In this document: positions 24,560-37,438 of the stretch, in pieces | Numbering within the stretch: the stretch's first letter is position 1 | Layout: each line of letters begins with the position of its first letter | Source: Schizochytrium sp. TIO01 | Lineage: Eukaryota; Protista; Bigyra: Labyrinthulomycetes | Length of the DNA: 64,000 bases | NCBI GenBank assembly: GCA_004764695.1 | Contig: SMSO01000031.1 | Location: forward strand, 8,414,761 to 8,478,760 | Direction: 5' to 3' | Notes under the pieces: generated by a model | What the model saw: only the letters and a program-made list of their open reading frames with translations | Told to the model about the DNA's origin: nothing | Databases searched by the model: none | Made by a program: the position numbers and the translations under genes

Positions 24560-27050
24560 TTGTCACTTCTGTTCTCTTAACATTCTTTTTCGTGCTTGAA
24601 CAGAGCATAAGCAGTTCTGAGGTATTTTGAGCTGACACACCTTTTGACGATGACTAACAAGTAGTAACGAAAGATAGGAAAGAAAAGCAAATAGAATCAT
24701 AGCGAGTTCAGCGCTCACTCCAGTATTCACGCGGATAGATGTAGCTCTATCATTAGTATGAATATTGTCGTCATCATCAGAAGCCAAGGAAACCACTATT
24801 ATTTTAAACTGCTGATTGCGCGTGTATAAATATCGCCAGGTCTTCTCTGCTGTCAAAATTTGATCTTGTAGCTGGCTTGATATACTGGAGGGCAAAATCA
24901 ATCACCATCAAGTCCTCCGTCTCGTATGTGAGATTTTAGATGGTTATCAAGGTGAACGATTGCTAGTTGAAGCCTTTGCCACTGAGTAGTGATAGTGACG
25001 CGGTCACCCTTCCCTGATCATAGTACGAGTCGGTTCAAGTCCTTTTATAAAGATTGGTTTGTGTTTTCAGCCCTAGATCCTGCAGGATCGGATTACCACT
25101 CTGCTCATATACATTAATACAAATCATAGTTAAAGGTTGACCTTAGACAGGCCTTTACAGTTCTCCCTATGCAGACAGAACAGATACGAAAGACAAATCC
25201 AGGTCGTCTTGAGGGGTGACCTCTAGAAGTAGCCTATACATGATAAATAAAAATGAAGAGAAGCAAAGAGTCATATTTTTTCAAGTTGAAGTCTTCGATC
25301 ATCTGACTCAAATACGGTGCAATAAAACATGTATTTTTTTAATATTTTACGTAGGTAAGTAACCTACATGCCTAAATGGAAGATACCTACTTTAAAAAAA
25401 ATAAAAAAAAATATGACCTAATTAAAAATGCCCAATGTGCCCCCTTCACAATTTCAGAAGAAAACAAGTGTTTTCTACAAAGTTTCAAGAGTATCGTTGT
25501 CACATTTTACCTGACAAATGATGCTGTCAATGATCAAAATTGGAGCTAGATTCAAGTATAATTATACAAGAAGCCTGAGCAATATTTCTGTAAACTTCTC
25601 GTTAGAAGCAGCCAGGCCTAAAGTCTCGGATACTTGGATACCCGCACATCCAAGTTTATTTTCTCTTCTCCGAGCTTAGCGCACGAGATGGTTAACGTTT
25701 TGGTACCTGTGATGTAGATGTTAAATACGAAGAAATGTGCTTCATTACATCTCTATCAGCCTTAAGACAAACTCAGACTTGCATTTAACACACATTGAGG
25801 TATTGCCTACTATGTCACCTGGTTGCTGACATCAACGCCTATCTGAAACGGAAGTCTTGCCTGAGGACAGAGAAACTGCCTCAAATAGATGTAAAGCCTC
25901 TCAACAAGACGATGTGCTTCCCCGCCTGCGATGATTGCAGTCTCTATCTCTATGCACCGTTAAATATTTAAAGAAAAAGAAAAATGAGCGCGCCTAAACA
26001 ATACTCTTGATGGGTGTAACACTCCCCAACAAACATTAAACAACATCAATGGCCAATGCGCTTCGTATCGTTTCGAATCGCGCGAAAATGTACCTCCTCA
26101 ACAATGATTCCTCTCTTGTACAAAGCTTTGGTTGAGTTTCCCTTTGTGAATACCATTCTATTTAAAATGTGATCAGATAAATGTTGGCTTTCTAAGTCAA
26201 AGAATTATGGATATCCTTTGACATGTTGACCTAGCTATGTTGAACTACAACTTCTATCCTTCAAGTCAACTAAGGTAAACATTTTGCATTGTGCGTAATG
26301 GCTCGAGCTATTTTGCCGCTCTAGAACTTGATGCAACTCTCTTTTGCCGATATGGTGGCTCCAATCACTCGAATAAGCTAGTACTGCACATTTGTAGGTT
26401 TTGCAAATCCACTCTCCGAATCCTTCCAAATTTCTCTAAGATTTGTACTTGCATGAAGGAATTGGCCTCATCTAACATCCCCTAAAACTTGCGCCTTATT
26501 TTTGAAGTAAACTGTCTAAGGCATTTGAAGCCGAAATTGTAAAAGTCATCTCCCATGGCTCTTTTTCGCTTGTAGAACAGAGAGTTCCTGCGCTTCTCTA
26601 ACCTCGTTCGTTACGGGCAAAACTAGTAAAAGTACCCGATGAATGCTTCTTTGATTCTAGCACACGTCCGCAGTATATAACTCTTCGAAGAATTCCAAAG
26701 TAATATTAGGAAAAAGAATCATTGCGGGCATAGAGATTGCCAAGGGATCTCTACTATCTCTCCCCCCCTCCCTGCTTAGTGCATAATGAAAGTCTATGAC
26801 ATCGGACTCACTGGCAGCAACCGTTTGCTTCTTTGATCTCTGAGCACTTTCTCTTACGTATTTGCTACCTTGAGTACCAGAAATGTTGACCTTTTCGAGA
26901 GATTGTCCCAACCAACCTCTACCTGGGACATAATAGAAAACTAGAGATAACTCAAACCATCATATTTCAAGAAATCTGTGAATGTCTGACTTCAGATCTG
27001 TAATGATCAGGACGAGATCAAATGCGCAACGGAGTTAGGCACACCAGAAC
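24560..27050 (+). ncRNA. Candidate structured non-coding block
   Basis: Nested CTCGGA 25625-25630 / TCCGAG 25669-25674 enclosing ACTTGGAT 25632-25639 / ATCCAAGT 25648-25655, plus many further short hairpins. No credible ORF. Confidence 0.35.
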
Positions 27051-27123
27051 GTAGTGAAGGCGAATTGTCAAGCAATTTCTGTAAAACAGAAAGTTGGGAA
27101 ACTCTACTAGTGTTGGCGAAACC

Positions 27124-28065
27124 ATGGAAGCTGTGGTGGTGAGCGGTTTCAATGGACGCAAGTTTGTGACAAATCAACCTGTACCTCAAGTCGATAAGGA
27201 TGAAGTTCTTGTTGAGATTCGTGCTTTTGGCATTAATCCTATTGATTATAAACTTCAAGCGATTGCTTTCATGAGATCAGGGCAGGTGCTGGGCTGGGGT
27301 CTTGCTGGTATTGTCAAGGAGGTTGGCAGCGACGTCACAGATTTTGCAAAGGGGGATCGAGTCTTTGGCTCAGGAAAGGGCTCATATGCCGAGTTTGCAT
27401 GGTGCAAAACAGCATGTCTCACTAAAATGCCAGACTTTCTCAACTTCGCTCAATGCGCTGCACTTCCTGTGACCTACCAAACTGCGTACAAAGGTTTGGC
27501 CCAATATGGGTATTAAAGAGGACAAACCCATGGAGCGAGCGAGCGGTGGCGTTGGTACCGCAGCCATCACGTTGGGGCGTGCTATCGGAGGTCCTGAAGC
27601 CAACATTATTGCTGTTTGTTCTGGAAAGAATGAAAAGCTTGTCAAAGATCTTGGAGCAAACAGTGTTATCGATTACACAAAGGAGACGCCCCTTGGATCT
27701 CTGGGTAAACAGAGCGTTGATTTTGTTTTTGATGCCGCCTCTTTTAGTGGTGGAGGTGAAAATTACTTTGGACAAGGCCAACAGCTCCTTTAAAAGGACG
27801 GTATGCTCATTGCTTTGAACGGATCACTTTATCGTTTTACCCAATTGCTGACGGGTACCGAATCGAAAACCAAAAGATCCTTCTCTCTGATCAGAAGGGT
27901 GACGATCTTCGCGAGATTCTCAAGATTCTTAAGGAACAAAAGGTCGAGCCCATACTTGACAAAGTCCTTGAATTCAATGCTAAGAATATCAAAGAGGCCA
28001 TTTCCGATTTACAAAGTCGTTAAACCAAGAGGAAAATCGTTCTAATAATCGGTCGTCAGGACTAG
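27124..28065 (+). pseudogene. Disrupted MDR-superfamily NADPH quinone/enoyl oxidoreductase (RTN4IP1/QOR-like)
   Basis: GINPIDYK, GDRVFG, AALPV, ASGGVG, LGANSVIDY and KIVL are spread over shifting frames. Two frameshifts, TAA at 27791-27793 and 28022-28024, and a missing Rossmann beta-strand. Confidence 0.75.
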
Positions 28066-28091
28066 TTCAGTTCTTGCGAGATTTGGAAGAC

Positions 28092-28102
28092 ACAACAACA
28101 AT

Positions 28103-28160
<58 letters not shown>
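28092..28160. repeat. (CAA)n microsatellite
   Basis: About 23 units with one interruption. Confidence 0.95.
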
Positions 28161-28169
<9 letters not shown>

Positions 28170-28199
28170 TCTATGATATTTTAGAATGTTTCATTTAAG

Positions 28200-29200
28200 C
28201 TTAAGTTTATTCACTGACACCCCTTCAAACCGCCTCCCTGCGTCCATGTAAGAATTCTTCAAAAGTGCTTTACTTTTCAAATTGTCATAGTACTGTAAAA
28301 GATTAAGGTTGATTGATGTTTTGCTCCTAGATAGGAATGTATTGACATCAGCTCAAAGTTTACACAAGAAGAGTCAGTCTAATACTACTAAATCGTAAGA
28401 TAACTAGAGGGAAGATTGTGTAGATAAGACGTGGCCAAAATTCTATACGAAAAAGATCAATGTAAACTTAAAGAAATGAACATTAAACTAGGGTTAGACA
28501 CATGAACTATATTGTCAGCTTACATCTATGATATTACGCTTTTTGGTAGACATCAGCTACAGTATGGGCAGCAGAAGCCAACACCAGGACTGAGAATTGA
28601 GATGCCTAGACTTTCATTCTCCTAATTTGTGTTAGGGATTGAGAATTCTTTCAGATCGAGAACTCCGAAGCCCAATATTCCAAAACATTTTAATTTATGA
28701 AATCAGTATGAAAATACAAATGAATCTAGAGCTTGTGCAGATCTGGCTGCAGAAACCAAAGCAAGCCAATTCGTAACACTAATAACACAGATCTGGCAAC
28801 TCTAGGTTTACTAGAAAAGCCAAGTAACTCTACCTCTATTTACATTTTTCCTACTATCAACTCATCTCCATGCTTCAGTGATGAAAATAAGCGAAATGGA
28901 CCATGTAGGCACCCGGGAGAGAGACCTGCTCGACCGATTCTGCCCCTGGTCAGCAATGGAATTCAATCTTGGGTAGTTAGAAGAACCCTTACAAACAAAA
29001 ATACAACTGCCTGACAATCAATACTTACTACATGCGCTTTGCATCATAATGAGTTTTGGATTACAAGTAGTAGGCACATTCATCTCTGGCTCGACTGCGA
29101 CTCTAGCATTTCCGCAGCAGCAGCAACCAGGTCAGAGATAACAGGGGCGGATTGGGCTTTGGTATCGCTGGGGTATCTTGAACGTTTCAGGATCATTAAC
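28200..29200 (+). ncRNA. Candidate structured non-coding block
   Basis: AATCTAGAG 28723-28731 / CTCTAGGTT 28800-28808 enclosing CAGATCTG 28738-28745 / 28788-28795. Further 8-bp G-U-containing stems. Confidence 0.35.
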
Positions 29201-29600
29201 TAAGTTGAAGTGGTTTAAAAAAAAATAAAAAATTCAGAATAAAGTAATAACCCATCATATGATATCACAACTTTTTTCTAATTCAAAATCTTTTAAACTC
29301 ATGATTTTTTTTCTATTTAGAAAAAGAAAATTGCCGCCAAAAGCAAAATAACAGCGTGTTTAAGAGAACAATTTTACAGGATTAGCTCTTCAAGCAATCC
29401 TCAAACCTGCCCTGTTTAGTTGGCGCCCTTAGACCTGAACGAGAAGAGTCCTGACAGTGTGTCCCTTCATCAGAGGGTACACAGGAAAGAAGTCACGTTT
29501 GAGTTTTGTTGTGGTTAACAAGCGTACTAGCATTCTAATTGGCTGCTTCACAGTGGCCTCCATTACCTCAAGTGCAGTAGTGCGTCAAGCTCCACGAACC

Positions 29601-30947
29601 ATGGTTTTTCCTCATTATGCGAAGGCATCAACATTGATTTCAAGCCGACAAGCCAGAAATATTCAGGTTAACAACCTGACTCGTGCGATGACAACCCAGG
29701 CCGGATCGTCAGCAGAACCTGAAGCCCAAGGCCCTCTCGCAGGTGTTCGCATTATCGAGGTGGGTAACTTCATTGCAGGACCTCAGGCTGGTACGATTCT
29801 GGCATACTATGGCGCAGAATGTATTAAAATTGAGCCGCCAGGTGGCGATCAAGTTCGCAAGTTCCGCAATGTAGACAAAACAGGGACCTCGTGGTGGTGG
29901 CGCTCTATTGGACGCAATAAAAAGTCCATTGAGCTTGACCTCAAAAAACCTGGAGCACAGCAACTTGTGCGAGATCTCTGTAAAGATGCCGACGTCTTGC
30001 TAGAAAACTTTCGCCCAGGCAAAATGGAGGAGTGGAACCTTGGGCCTGAGGACATTGCCAAAGTCAACGACCTCGTGTATACTCGTGTCAGTGGCTACGG
30101 CCAGACAGGCCCTTACTCGCGCCGCCCTGGATTTGCATCCTCATGTGAAGCCATGGGCGGGTTTCGCTATGTGAACGGTTTTCCAGACCGCCCTTCTGTG
30201 CGCCCCAATCTGAGTTTAGGTGACACTCTTGCAGGAATTCATGGTGCACTGGGCACAGCCATGGCTTTGTTTGCTCGCCAAAAGGGAAACCCTAATGCTC
30301 GCTCTCAGGTAGTCGATGCGTCAATTTTTGAGTCTGTGTGGAATGTCATGGAGGGTGTATTGTGTGACTATGATGGCGAAGGCCTTGTGCGCGGCCCCTC
30401 CGGATCTACGCTGACTGGCATCGTGCCCACAAACACCTACCCCACCAAAGACAACAAAGCTGTCGTAATCGGCTCAAACTCCACTGCTTTATTCAAGCGT
30501 CTTATGATCGCTCTTGACCGCCCTGATATTGCTGAAAATAAAGAATTTGAGGACAACCAGAACCGTGTCAAAGCGCAGGACTTCTTGGACGGGGTCATTG
30601 AGGAATGGACTCGTCGTCATACTGCTGACGAGGTCATGGCCGTTGTGAATAAGGCTCAGGTGCCAAACTCGTTGATATACTCTATTGAAGACATCGTAGC
30701 TGACCCTCAATACAAGGCACGGGAGATGATTGAGGAGGTTCACATTCCTTCGCTAGATCGTTCCTTGAAGATCCCGGCCATGTCTCCGAAATTTTCGAAA
30801 ACTCCCGGTGGTACTCGGTGGCCTGGAGCAGAACTTGGTTCTCACACCCAGGAAATTCTTGATCTTGTCAAATACTCTCCTGAGCAAGTCAAGACACTCA
30901 TCGAAGATGGTTCGCTTATTTGGCCCGAGTACAAGGGGCAAAGCTGA
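29601..30947 (+). CDS. Family III CoA-transferase (CaiB/BaiF; succinyl-CoA:glutarate/L-malate CoA-transferase-like), probably mitochondrial
   Basis: GPLAGVRIIE, GRNKKS, ENFRPG, SGYGQTGP and the catalytic-type Asp in LSLGD. First ATG at 29601 (accATG), followed by an R/S/A-rich presequence-like N-terminus. Confidence 0.92.
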   Translation: MVFPHYAKASTLISSRQARNIQVNNLTRAMTTQAGSSAEPEAQGPLAGVRIIEVGNFIAGPQAGTILAYYGAECIKIEPPGGDQVRKFRNVDKTGTSWWWRSIGRNKKSIELDLKKPGAQQLVRDLCKDADVLLENFRPGKMEEWNLGPEDIAKVNDLVYTRVSGYGQTGPYSRRPGFASSCEAMGGFRYVNGFPDRPSVRPNLSLGDTLAGIHGALGTAMALFARQKGNPNARSQVVDASIFESVWNVMEGVLCDYDGEGLVRGPSGSTLTGIVPTNTYPTKDNKAVVIGSNSTALFKRLMIALDRPDIAENKEFEDNQNRVKAQDFLDGVIEEWTRRHTADEVMAVVNKAQVPNSLIYSIEDIVADPQYKAREMIEEVHIPSLDRSLKIPAMSPKFSKTPGGTRWPGAELGSHTQEILDLVKYSPEQVKTLIEDGSLIWPEYKGQS

Positions 30948-31708
30948 GATAAAGCTTATATTTCTTCAACGTGCTTTCACGTGATAGTTAACGTTAAAAT
31001 TCTCCAAAAGTTCACTACTCCTTCCTTCCTCCCAAACTTAAGTTGCACACTTCTCCCCCACTCCAGCATGTTGGCAATTAATCCAACACTTAACACGGAG
31101 CTATTATTCAGAAAACAAACTCTCTTTCGAACATCCATCCTGTTCACAACACATCGGGTCTTCTGACATGTAACTTTCATCTCGGAGAACGATCGAACGC
31201 TAAGCACCCAAGATAATAAGCGAACGAGAAATAATTTTTGCTCAAAATACAAGAACTAAACAAGCCCCATAAAAAACACTTTGCTCTCACCATCAAGTAC
31301 TAGCATCATCCATAGCACACTCGCTGCCCTTGAATCTCCTAAGATAACAAGCAAACGCAGTATTTCTCTGGACACAAAGAAAAAAGGAGGATAAAGCCGT
31401 ACAACAGGCTGGCAAGTTGCATACCATTTTAAGAAATGGACTAACGAGAGAAACAGGGCTCGATACTGTCAACTTGATCCTCTACCCCAATAATATTACA
31501 AGAAGTCACAAGTCAAGGATTCTCTGCTACAAACAAGAACAACTGGGAATATGTAGCAAGACAATGCTAAGTTTGGGAACGTTGAGCAGTTTGTGTTTTG
31601 TTGATTTGTTGATAAGAAGTAAAAGATGGAAACTACGAGCAAGGAAAAAGGTACGAAGCCTTTGGGCAAGTCGTGATGACTCCAAAGAAATCAATATCAA
31701 TGGTCTGT

Positions 31709-32938
31709 TTACTCGTCGGCCTCCTCGCCGTCACCACCGCCAGAGGCCATGGCCTTCCGCTTGACACGACCCGGCCGGCCCTGACCGAAGGGAGAGGTAA
31801 AAGAATAGTCGACGTGCTTCTCAGAGTCGGTGCGGAGCATGAAGCTGGGCACGTTCACCATTTGCTTGCCGACACGGATGTGGCGCTGGCGGATGAGAAC
31901 ACGGGCGTGGTGGACGCTCTTGGCAAGGCCCTGCTTGAAGACCTTGGTCTGGAGACGGCGCTCAAGGAGACGCTGGGTGGAGAGCTGAAGGACGAAATCC
32001 AACTTCTGCTCGTCCTCGGTGAGGAGACCGTAGCGAACCATACGGCGGAGGAGGGCCTGACCCTCGAACACACGGCGCTCGTTCTTCTCGTCAAGAGTCA
32101 AGAGCTGACGGGCGGAAGCACGGATCTTGGCAAGGATGAGCTGGGTGCGCCAGATCTCGCGCTTGCAGCGAAGGCCATACTCACCGCAGAGCTTGAGCTC
32201 CTGTTATTTGAATTTTTATCATCCACATCCACATGATTAGTGATCATTACGTTCGCAAGTCGTAGACAATTCAATCATCACGTTAGTTGTTCTCGTTCCA
32301 TTTCAAACAAAACTCTAAAGATGGATCCACATCACCTCACCAATCAAAGTACTCCTCATATATTCATCGGCTTGGTCACTTCTCTAACTTGGTTGCACTT
32401 CGTTCTTGCTATATATCACAAGCCGTAATTCAATGTAACATTGTGAAGATGACCCAGTCTCTGACTGATGGGGCTCACGAAGCAGAGATTTACGACATGA
32501 ACTCTGGTGCTCTCAACAGCAGTAGCTTTCAACATGTCTTGCACGACATTTGAGGATGTCGCGGTGCTTCCATGTGTCAAATACATTGACAGAACATTAA
32601 ATTGATAAGCACTGACACGCGTGACTGGCTAGCCAGGACGGCTCGCCTCATCAGCTATTGAGAAGTCATTTCGAATCCACTTCAGAGCCACACAGCTGTG
32701 ATCAGATAAGCATCAAATGCCAGAGCGAGAACCCAAGAGGCAGCCAGAGTCCAAGAAAGCTAGAAGAGCGAGCGAAGGTAGTTCAAGAGAACTTGTTGAT
32801 GAAACGAGGCCATCCTCATCATGGCGATGTCGACCCCAAACCACGAGCACGTACCTGGTCAAGGCGCTCCTTCTCGTACGGCCGCCGGGGCGGGTTGGAG
32901 ACCTTGCTGTAGTTGCGGTGCCGGCTGACGCTGGGCAT
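31709..32938 (-). CDS. RPS9: 40S ribosomal protein S9 (uS4); exons 32938-32855 and 32200-31709, 191 aa
   Basis: [28 protein letters not shown] joins [18 protein letters not shown]...LERRLQT...[12 protein letters not shown] across a 654-nt phase-0 GTACGT...CAG intron. Confidence 0.97.
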
Positions 32939-34202
32939 GGTGCTAGGTAGTCTCGCGCGGGCGCAGCAGCGGACTCTCCCTCGATTGGTATTGATTCCAT
33001 GGACGAGCTTGCCGCCACGCTTGATTCCCCTCGTTCCCTCCCTTCGCCTGACTGGCCAAGAGAGGGCCTAGTTCTGCCGACTCCCTAATATTTACCCGGT
33101 CGACGCCAAAGGCATACTCCTACACTTTAACATAAGATATACTATACATACCGTAACTTTGGGAAGCCAATTATGGCAGGGTTAGGGTAACCGGGGAAAT
33201 ATTTCAGGCAGCGGGGAAAGGCCAGGAGTGGGCTAATTAGAGTAGTTGTGCCTGGGAAAGGGGGTATAGATAGGTAAATTGGATTGGGGGAACCAGGGGA
33301 AATGATCATGGGCTGATATGGAACATTGGGAACTTGAGAGAAAATGGAGATGGAGAATGGAGAACGGAGATGGAGAATGGAGAACAGATATGGAACGTAG
33401 TCAGAACTGGACCACAAGAACGTAAGAAGAACAGGCGGGAGCCAAGGTGATGCAGAAGCCAGTGGGAAAGAACAGCTTGGAGTAGGGCTCTATCTATTCT
33501 AAACACTAGGTATACTGGGGCCACAGACCAACGGCGTCACACAACGACGGTTAGAGAAGATACTATAGAGAATGGAGTCCACACAGTGAAGTATAACACC
33601 AGGCAAGTAGAACTAACTTGGCATCTACAGAAGAGTATATGCAGCCCCAAGTGAAACAGAATGCTCATTATACTATTGAGAATAGTTTTAATTGATCTTT
33701 TTTTAGATTTTAAAGAAAAAAAGTAAAGGAGGTAACGTGAATGAATGAATTATCTTTCTCAGATTGTAAGGGTACCTAGTGAGACAAATTCGCTTCGCTC
33801 GACCTTCCTCGGGCTAGAGAAGTAGGTTGACCTTGCGCTGAGTGCAGCGATGCCTTGTCCCGAACAATCTGTATTGAATACATCGCCAACGTCTGCCTCG
33901 GCCTCGACTCCACGCTGGAAAGCGCTCTCGAAGGCCGTGGCGGCCTGGGACCCGAACCGGACCTCTGGTGAAGTGGCTGATTGAACAAGGGAAATGAGAG
34001 CAGTGTTTCTTTCCCACTATATTTGTTCGTTTGTTTTATCTTTTGCCAGGCTGGCGAAAGGGTGCTCTCGAGAACGGAGCTTCGCGAGAGTGGAGTGGAT
34101 GAAGGCCAGGCAGAACTTGAACGACTGACAGAGGTATTCATCAATTTGTGTGCTGTGCAGAAGCTTGGTCAGGAGACAAGAGATCCTTCTACTTCAAGAA
34201 GA

Positions 34203-34689
34203 ATGGGTACGTTAAGCGTTATTTCTGGAGACAGCCGCCCCTCTAATGAAGGGGGAGTGCCCTATCCTGGAATGAAGAGTCCTGGGCATTAAAGCTAAGA
34301 TGTTGCTTGAACTTCTGGGGGTATTTACTGGTTGACGATGTAGGCGGGGAAAGTGCATAAGACTAATTTACTCGAATGTTTGACAATTTTGTCTTCGTTA
34401 TGTACGTATGGACATTTATGTACATGTGGATGTACATAAACTATTTGCTGTAAAATTGCTTCTCATAGCTCCAATTCCTCGTAACAAGGGCCGTCGCAAC
34501 AAGACCCTTCAGGCCGAGAACCGCCGCGCTGGTGAGGTGTCCTCCAAGCAGAAGGAGATTGATGAAAAGCCGGTGAGCAACTTCCTTGTTGCCTTCTTTC
34601 TCTTTGTCGTGGTTGGTTCTGCCTTCTTGCAGATCTTCCGTCTCTTCTTGGATATGGAGGTAGAAGACTCTGCCATGCCCCCTGAGTAA
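34203..34689 (+). CDS. SERP1/RAMP4-like small ER membrane protein, 74 aa; coding exons 34203-34206 and 34469-34689
   Basis: Basic N-terminus followed by PVSNFLVAFFLFVVVGSAFLQIF (RAMP4 TM motif). ATGG|GTACGT donor and TAG|CT acceptor give MAPIPRNK in frame. Confidence 0.8.
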
Positions 34690-35280
34690 GGCACTAGTGC
34701 ATTCTGTCAGACCAAGAGCTTCTCTATAAAAGCTGCAGGAAGGCAAGACTTGATCAATGTCCTTGAACTTCCTCGCTTCTTTTGACTTCAAGAATTATCT
34801 TAGATGGGACGATGTATGGTTACGAAGGACTTTGTGTAATATTGGGTTTGCTCCGTAAACTTAAGCTTGCAAGGATGAGAATATCTACTTGCTAGGTTAT
34901 CAAGAGCTTATACACGTAATTCAACCACGCATTGCTTCTAGTTGGAAAGAAGATTATCATCGCAGGCTGGTGCTTTTTCTTTCCAGGTGATATTCTTATC
35001 TCCCTTCCTGACTGTGTGCTTGCCAGTGAGTCCACCCACGTTTCTCATCAAGCATGCGACACTGTTAATTAGCACAACACAGAACAACAACAAATATCAT
35101 TTTTCTTTCTCCTAGTCTGCATCTTGGCTCCCAATTTCTATCATCTCGCTTATCATGACCAGAGCGATACCTCCTCCTTGGAATATGCTTTATGTTCACA
35201 GACTTGCCCTATCAGACCAGTGGTATTGCCATTATGTAATAGCTCATTTCTCAACTTAATTGTAGCTTGGTTCTCTCTGT

Positions 35281-35436
35281 TCTCCCTGTTCATGCGCTGT
35301 TTCGATACCGCGCAAATTTTTGCAAAATCTGTGATATTGCAGGCAAGGCTTTAAAACTCTCCCTTTCCATGCGCTGTTTCGATACCGCGCAAAGTTATGC
35401 AAAATTTGTGATATTGCAGGCAAAGCTTTGAAACTC
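35281..35436. repeat. 77-bp tandem duplication (2 copies, few mismatches)
   Basis: Units start at 35281 and 35358 and share CATGCGCTGTTTCGATACCGCGCAAA...GTGATATTGCAGGCAA. Confidence 0.9.
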
Positions 35437-36403
35437 CAGTGGCCTCATTGGTGCTTTCTTCTCTTTAATGTTTCCATTCATATTGAATTTTTTAATTTTT
35501 TAGAATCTTTTATGTCATATGAGCTTGCCAAGCCGCTAGCTCCTGGCAGTCTGATAAAGTAGTGCGGATGATCGAAAGTGCTGCTCTTATCAAGTTGGAA
35601 AACGTGCTACGTCAAGGTGTGAAAGAAATGAGAACGTCATGCGCCAAGTGGAGATGTTTGTCCAGCCTGGAGACCCTTTTTATTTTCCCCTTTTCTATAA
35701 AAACAAGCTCCGTATCATCCTCATAAAACAGGGAAGAGCGCATGGCATAGCGACAGGTGTCATGCATTTTTTTAATCCACAACCCCCACGTTAAGCCACC
35801 CCCGCGGGTGCCTGCTTGCACACCCCTCTAATCTGCATAACCGCATCCATTGAAGCTCCGACGATTCACAGCAAGTCCCATAGTATCACACAACCGGAAA
35901 CATCTACGGACTCGAGAAGAGAGTCAATCATACAACTTGAATGGACTCTTTTCAATGATTACCTCAGATGAAAGAAAGACGCGGACCTCTTCTTCGCTCC
36001 TAAGCAAGGTTTATCCTATTCTAGACATTCAAGCGTGAGCTATGACGACGATCGTCTGTGACACTTTCTTTATCTGATACTCTTGAGTTCATATAGATCA
36101 TGGAACATCACGAAGACTTTTTTCTGAAAGCTTTCTTTCATTTATACTGAGGCTGAAGATCGCTTCTTAGTATCTATCATCAATTAGTGAATATCAAGAT
36201 GGAGAAAAAGACGCGCAGAGAAAAAAGAGAAAAAAAGAAACATTTATCAACGATGAACATGATAGGAGGAAACCCAGAATCCAAACGCGGCGCGAAACGA
36301 GGGCCCCGCGTGCGTTTGCTTTGTGCGTGAATCAAGTTGGGCTCGTCTGGTTTGCCAGTCTTTTCTTGAACGAGGTTTTCCCCTCGAGTCGAGTCTCGAC
36401 GCC

Positions 36404-37438
36404 ATGGAGAAGTTCACAAAATGGGAGGACAAGTCAAACGGCATCAACCCCTTCGTCCCTTACAAGCAGCGTCCTCGAGCTGTGCCTAAGGCTATCTTGG
36501 GTTTCATCCTGGCTCCATTCAAGCTTATTCTGCTTCTGCTGGTCGCAATTCTAGTGTTGTTGGGACTTGCTCTCGAAAAGGCCGTTGTCGTAAAACCCGC
36601 ACGAGCTCTCGTTCGTCTTGTCCTATTGCGACCTCTCGTGTTCTTTGCGCTCAAGATCCTGGGTTTTTGGAGTATCCACGAAGCCATGCCCGACACGCGT
36701 CGCCTCAGACTTGGAGAGCTCAGCAAAAAGGGAACTGCCGCTACTGAAAATGCCATGAGAAAGTTTGGGCGTACCGTGCGTTCGGGAGATGCGATTTTGT
36801 TCAATTCAACTTCTGTGATGGAAGTGTTATACCTGTATGCGAGATTTGCAGCGGACTTTGCGGTACCATCATTGCCTGATGGACAGGGCTTCATGCAGGT
36901 TGGACTTTTGGGAGCCCTGCGACGTGCAGCGTTCACAGGTGAAAACCCTGCACAAGCGCCATGCAATGGTGGTAAGGCGCTGGTATCTGAATTGCAGGCT
37001 AATGCGCAGTTTCCGATTGCGGTCTTCGCTGAGGGAGCACGAACCAATGGGCGTGCTCTTATTGAGTTTGTTCCTGCCATTGGTAAGGATACCAATCTGA
37101 TTGATGGCCATTCAAGGGTTCACTTTGCTGCGTTCGCTTACTCGTACAAAATTTGGTCCCCTTGTAACACGGTCAACGGTCTGCTTAAATATCTTTGGCA
37201 AGCTTGCACAATGTTCAATAATTCTATGATTGTCAATGTTATTCCATACGAAGTCTGGACTGCGGAGCGCAAAAATAAGGGCAATCAGGAAACTGACCTG
37301 CGTTCCTTGCTCGCCTCGGCGGTTGGCAAACGTGGGGTCAAACAAGTTGCACTCACACACAAGGTCTATTTTGACTTTTTATTGCACTTTCACAAACAAT
37401 CACCTTCTACCTCAGGATCAAAGGCAAAAGCACAATAA
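36404..37438 (+). CDS. Lysophospholipid acyltransferase, LOA1/Vps66-like
   Basis: N-terminal MEKFTKWEDKSNGINPFVP resembles the Vps66/LOA1 start, followed by a TM segment and the acyltransferase motif FAEGARTNG. gccATG at 36404. Confidence 0.82.
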   Translation: MEKFTKWEDKSNGINPFVPYKQRPRAVPKAILGFILAPFKLILLLLVAILVLLGLALEKAVVVKPARALVRLVLLRPLVFFALKILGFWSIHEAMPDTRRLRLGELSKKGTAATENAMRKFGRTVRSGDAILFNSTSVMEVLYLYARFAADFAVPSLPDGQGFMQVGLLGALRRAAFTGENPAQAPCNGGKALVSELQANAQFPIAVFAEGARTNGRALIEFVPAIGKDTNLIDGHSRVHFAAFAYSYKIWSPCNTVNGLLKYLWQACTMFNNSMIVNVIPYEVWTAERKNKGNQETDLRSLLASAVGKRGVKQVALTHKVYFDFLLHFHKQSPSTSGSKAKAQ

